Assembly: GCA_027310665.1 (NCBI GenBank)
Contig: DAIDAJ010000024.1
Span: 17,607 to 81,606, forward strand
DNA: 64,000 nucleotides
Origin: Sideroxydans sp.
GTDB taxonomy: Bacteria; Pseudomonadota; Gammaproteobacteria; Burkholderiales; Gallionellaceae
Direction: 5' to 3'
In this document: piece after piece, positions 62,695 to 64,000 of the stretch
Layout: each line of letters starts with the position of its first letter
Position numbering within the stretch: the first letter of the stretch is position 1
Translations under genes and position numbers: made by a program
The notes under the pieces: model-generated
What the model was told of the DNA's origin: nothing
The model's database searches: none
Seen by the model: the letters and a program-made list of their open reading frames with translations, nothing else

Positions 62695-63645
62695 ATGAAA
62701 CAGATATTTCATGCCGGCGGCGATCCAGCCTCCGCGTACAGGCTGCAACGGCAGGAGGAGTCCGACGAGGGTTTCGATGCTCCGGACAAGAAGAAATATG
62801 ACTTTGCCAAAGCAAGGCGCAAGCATTTCGTGAATGACCCGTTTCTACCCGCAATTATCCAGTCGATCGACATCGGTTTGCATGAAAGTGACGTCGATAT
62901 ACTCCTGAGAGAGATGCAGGCGGAGGTCGTTCCGCGGAACCGCCCGGAAGAGCCGCGTACGATCTCGACGCATTTGCTGGCCATCCAGGAAAATGAAAGA
63001 CGGCGTATTGCCGCAGATCTGCATGACGGGATCGGACAGTCCTTGAGTATCATCAGGCTGACGCTGGATTCCGCGATGCAGCAAATCAGGATCGGCGAAG
63101 TACCTCAGGCACTGGAGGCACTGCAGCAGGTAAGCGGAAAAGTCAAAGAGACGATGGGCGAGCTTCACCGCACCGCGATGGACATGCGTCCGTCGATGCT
63201 CGACGACCTCGGTATCATTCCCACCTTGTCATGGTTCTTCCGTGAATTCGAGTCGGCCTGGCAGGGCCGGAAACTTGAAAAGAATGTAAGCATCGCGGAG
63301 AGCGATGTTCCGGCTCCCCTCAGGGTCACAATTTTCCGCGTCCTTCAGGAGGCCATGAACAATGTCGTCAAGCATGCCGGTGCGGACTGTATACGGGTGA
63401 GCCTGAACAGGTCAGGCGGATTGCTGCAGCTCTCTGTCGAGGACAATGGACGCGGCTTCGATCCGGACGCCGTGACCCTGTCATGCGGAGCCAGATGCTG
63501 CGATACAGGATGCGGCTTCGGTTTGCTGACGATGAAGGAACGGGCCAGATCCACCAACGGAATCTTCGAGATGCGATCCGCCGTCGAGGAAGGAACTCGC
63601 ATTCTCGTGTCCTGGCGATTCATGGATGGTGCGATGGACCGGTAA
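62695..63645 (+). CDS. Cytoplasmic HisKA_3 (NarX/UhpB-type) histidine kinase
   Basis: ERRRIAADLHDGIGQ, EAMNNVVKHA, DNGRGF, GLLTMKERA; no TM segment. Confidence 0.88.
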   Translation: MKQIFHAGGDPASAYRLQRQEESDEGFDAPDKKKYDFAKARRKHFVNDPFLPAIIQSIDIGLHESDVDILLREMQAEVVPRNRPEEPRTISTHLLAIQENERRRIAADLHDGIGQSLSIIRLTLDSAMQQIRIGEVPQALEALQQVSGKVKETMGELHRTAMDMRPSMLDDLGIIPTLSWFFREFESAWQGRKLEKNVSIAESDVPAPLRVTIFRVLQEAMNNVVKHAGADCIRVSLNRSGGLLQLSVEDNGRGFDPDAVTLSCGARCCDTGCGFGLLTMKERARSTNGIFEMRSAVEEGTRILVSWRFMDGAMDR

Positions 63646-64000
63646 GCCGGCCACGCTTCATCAGGGATGATTCCGCAATGCGCCTTCCGGCCGGACTCCC
63701 ATTCCGTGTCCCCGTTGCAAGACAGGCAGTACGGCGCACATCACAGCGGTGACTGTCATCAGGTTCATATCTTCTTTCCATCAGGCAGGCACCCGGAGCA
63801 GGACCGGGCGAAAGACGCAAATTCGGGCATTTCCTGCGGCCTGAGGCCGGACGATCGGATGTGGACTGTACGCCTCCGCATACAGCATTCACCCCAGATG
63901 GAAATACATGATCTCCTGCATGCGGGAATACAGTAAGTCCCCCATAGCTCATTACAGTCCCCTTGCCTATTCTTGAGCCAACACAAGGGAGGACGGCCAT

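Noticed and set aside
63790-63860. c-di-GMP-I riboswitch (GAAA/GACGCAAA words)
   Set aside because: The GGCAAA and the P2 stem pairing around GAAA are missing.
58676-64000. Genomic island at tRNA-Ser
   Set aside because: No integrase, no att duplication and no clear GC shift; the window also ends before any right boundary.

Overview
GC-rich betaproteobacterial chromosome segment; Gallionellaceae-like (Sideroxydans/Gallionella) is an inference from gene order and repeat types. Core content: a fatty-acid uptake/beta-oxidation cluster (fadE, SDR, acyl-CoA ligase, thioesterase, fadL, fadB-type, fadA, chalcone-isomerase-like protein, ATP-grasp ligase), an HD-GYP gene, an AmmeMemoRadiSam trio, a TCA block (icd, mdh, sdhCDAB-sdhE, gltA, sucAB), tRNA-Leu(TAG), two-component genes, a Crp/DUF2892/DUF3365 module, lysS, prfB (programmed frameshift), recJ, aspartate kinase, tRNA-Ser(GCT) and a phosphorelay cassette. 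Accessory content: (1) a low-GC, translationally coupled two-gene operon behind tRNA-Leu (alpha-helical HEAT-like protein plus Mrr-like nuclease-domain protein), which is the best candidate for an undescribed defence system; (2) a four-gene Wadjet/MksBEFG-type SMC system wedged between prfB and lysS; (3) a HEPN-motif gene, REP/REPIN hairpins, a truncated GFA gene and a RAYT transposase inserted between fadB and fadA; (4) palindromic DNA elements inserted in-frame into proteins, one of them nested inside another in fadE. All family calls come from motif recognition by eye; no database searches were run.
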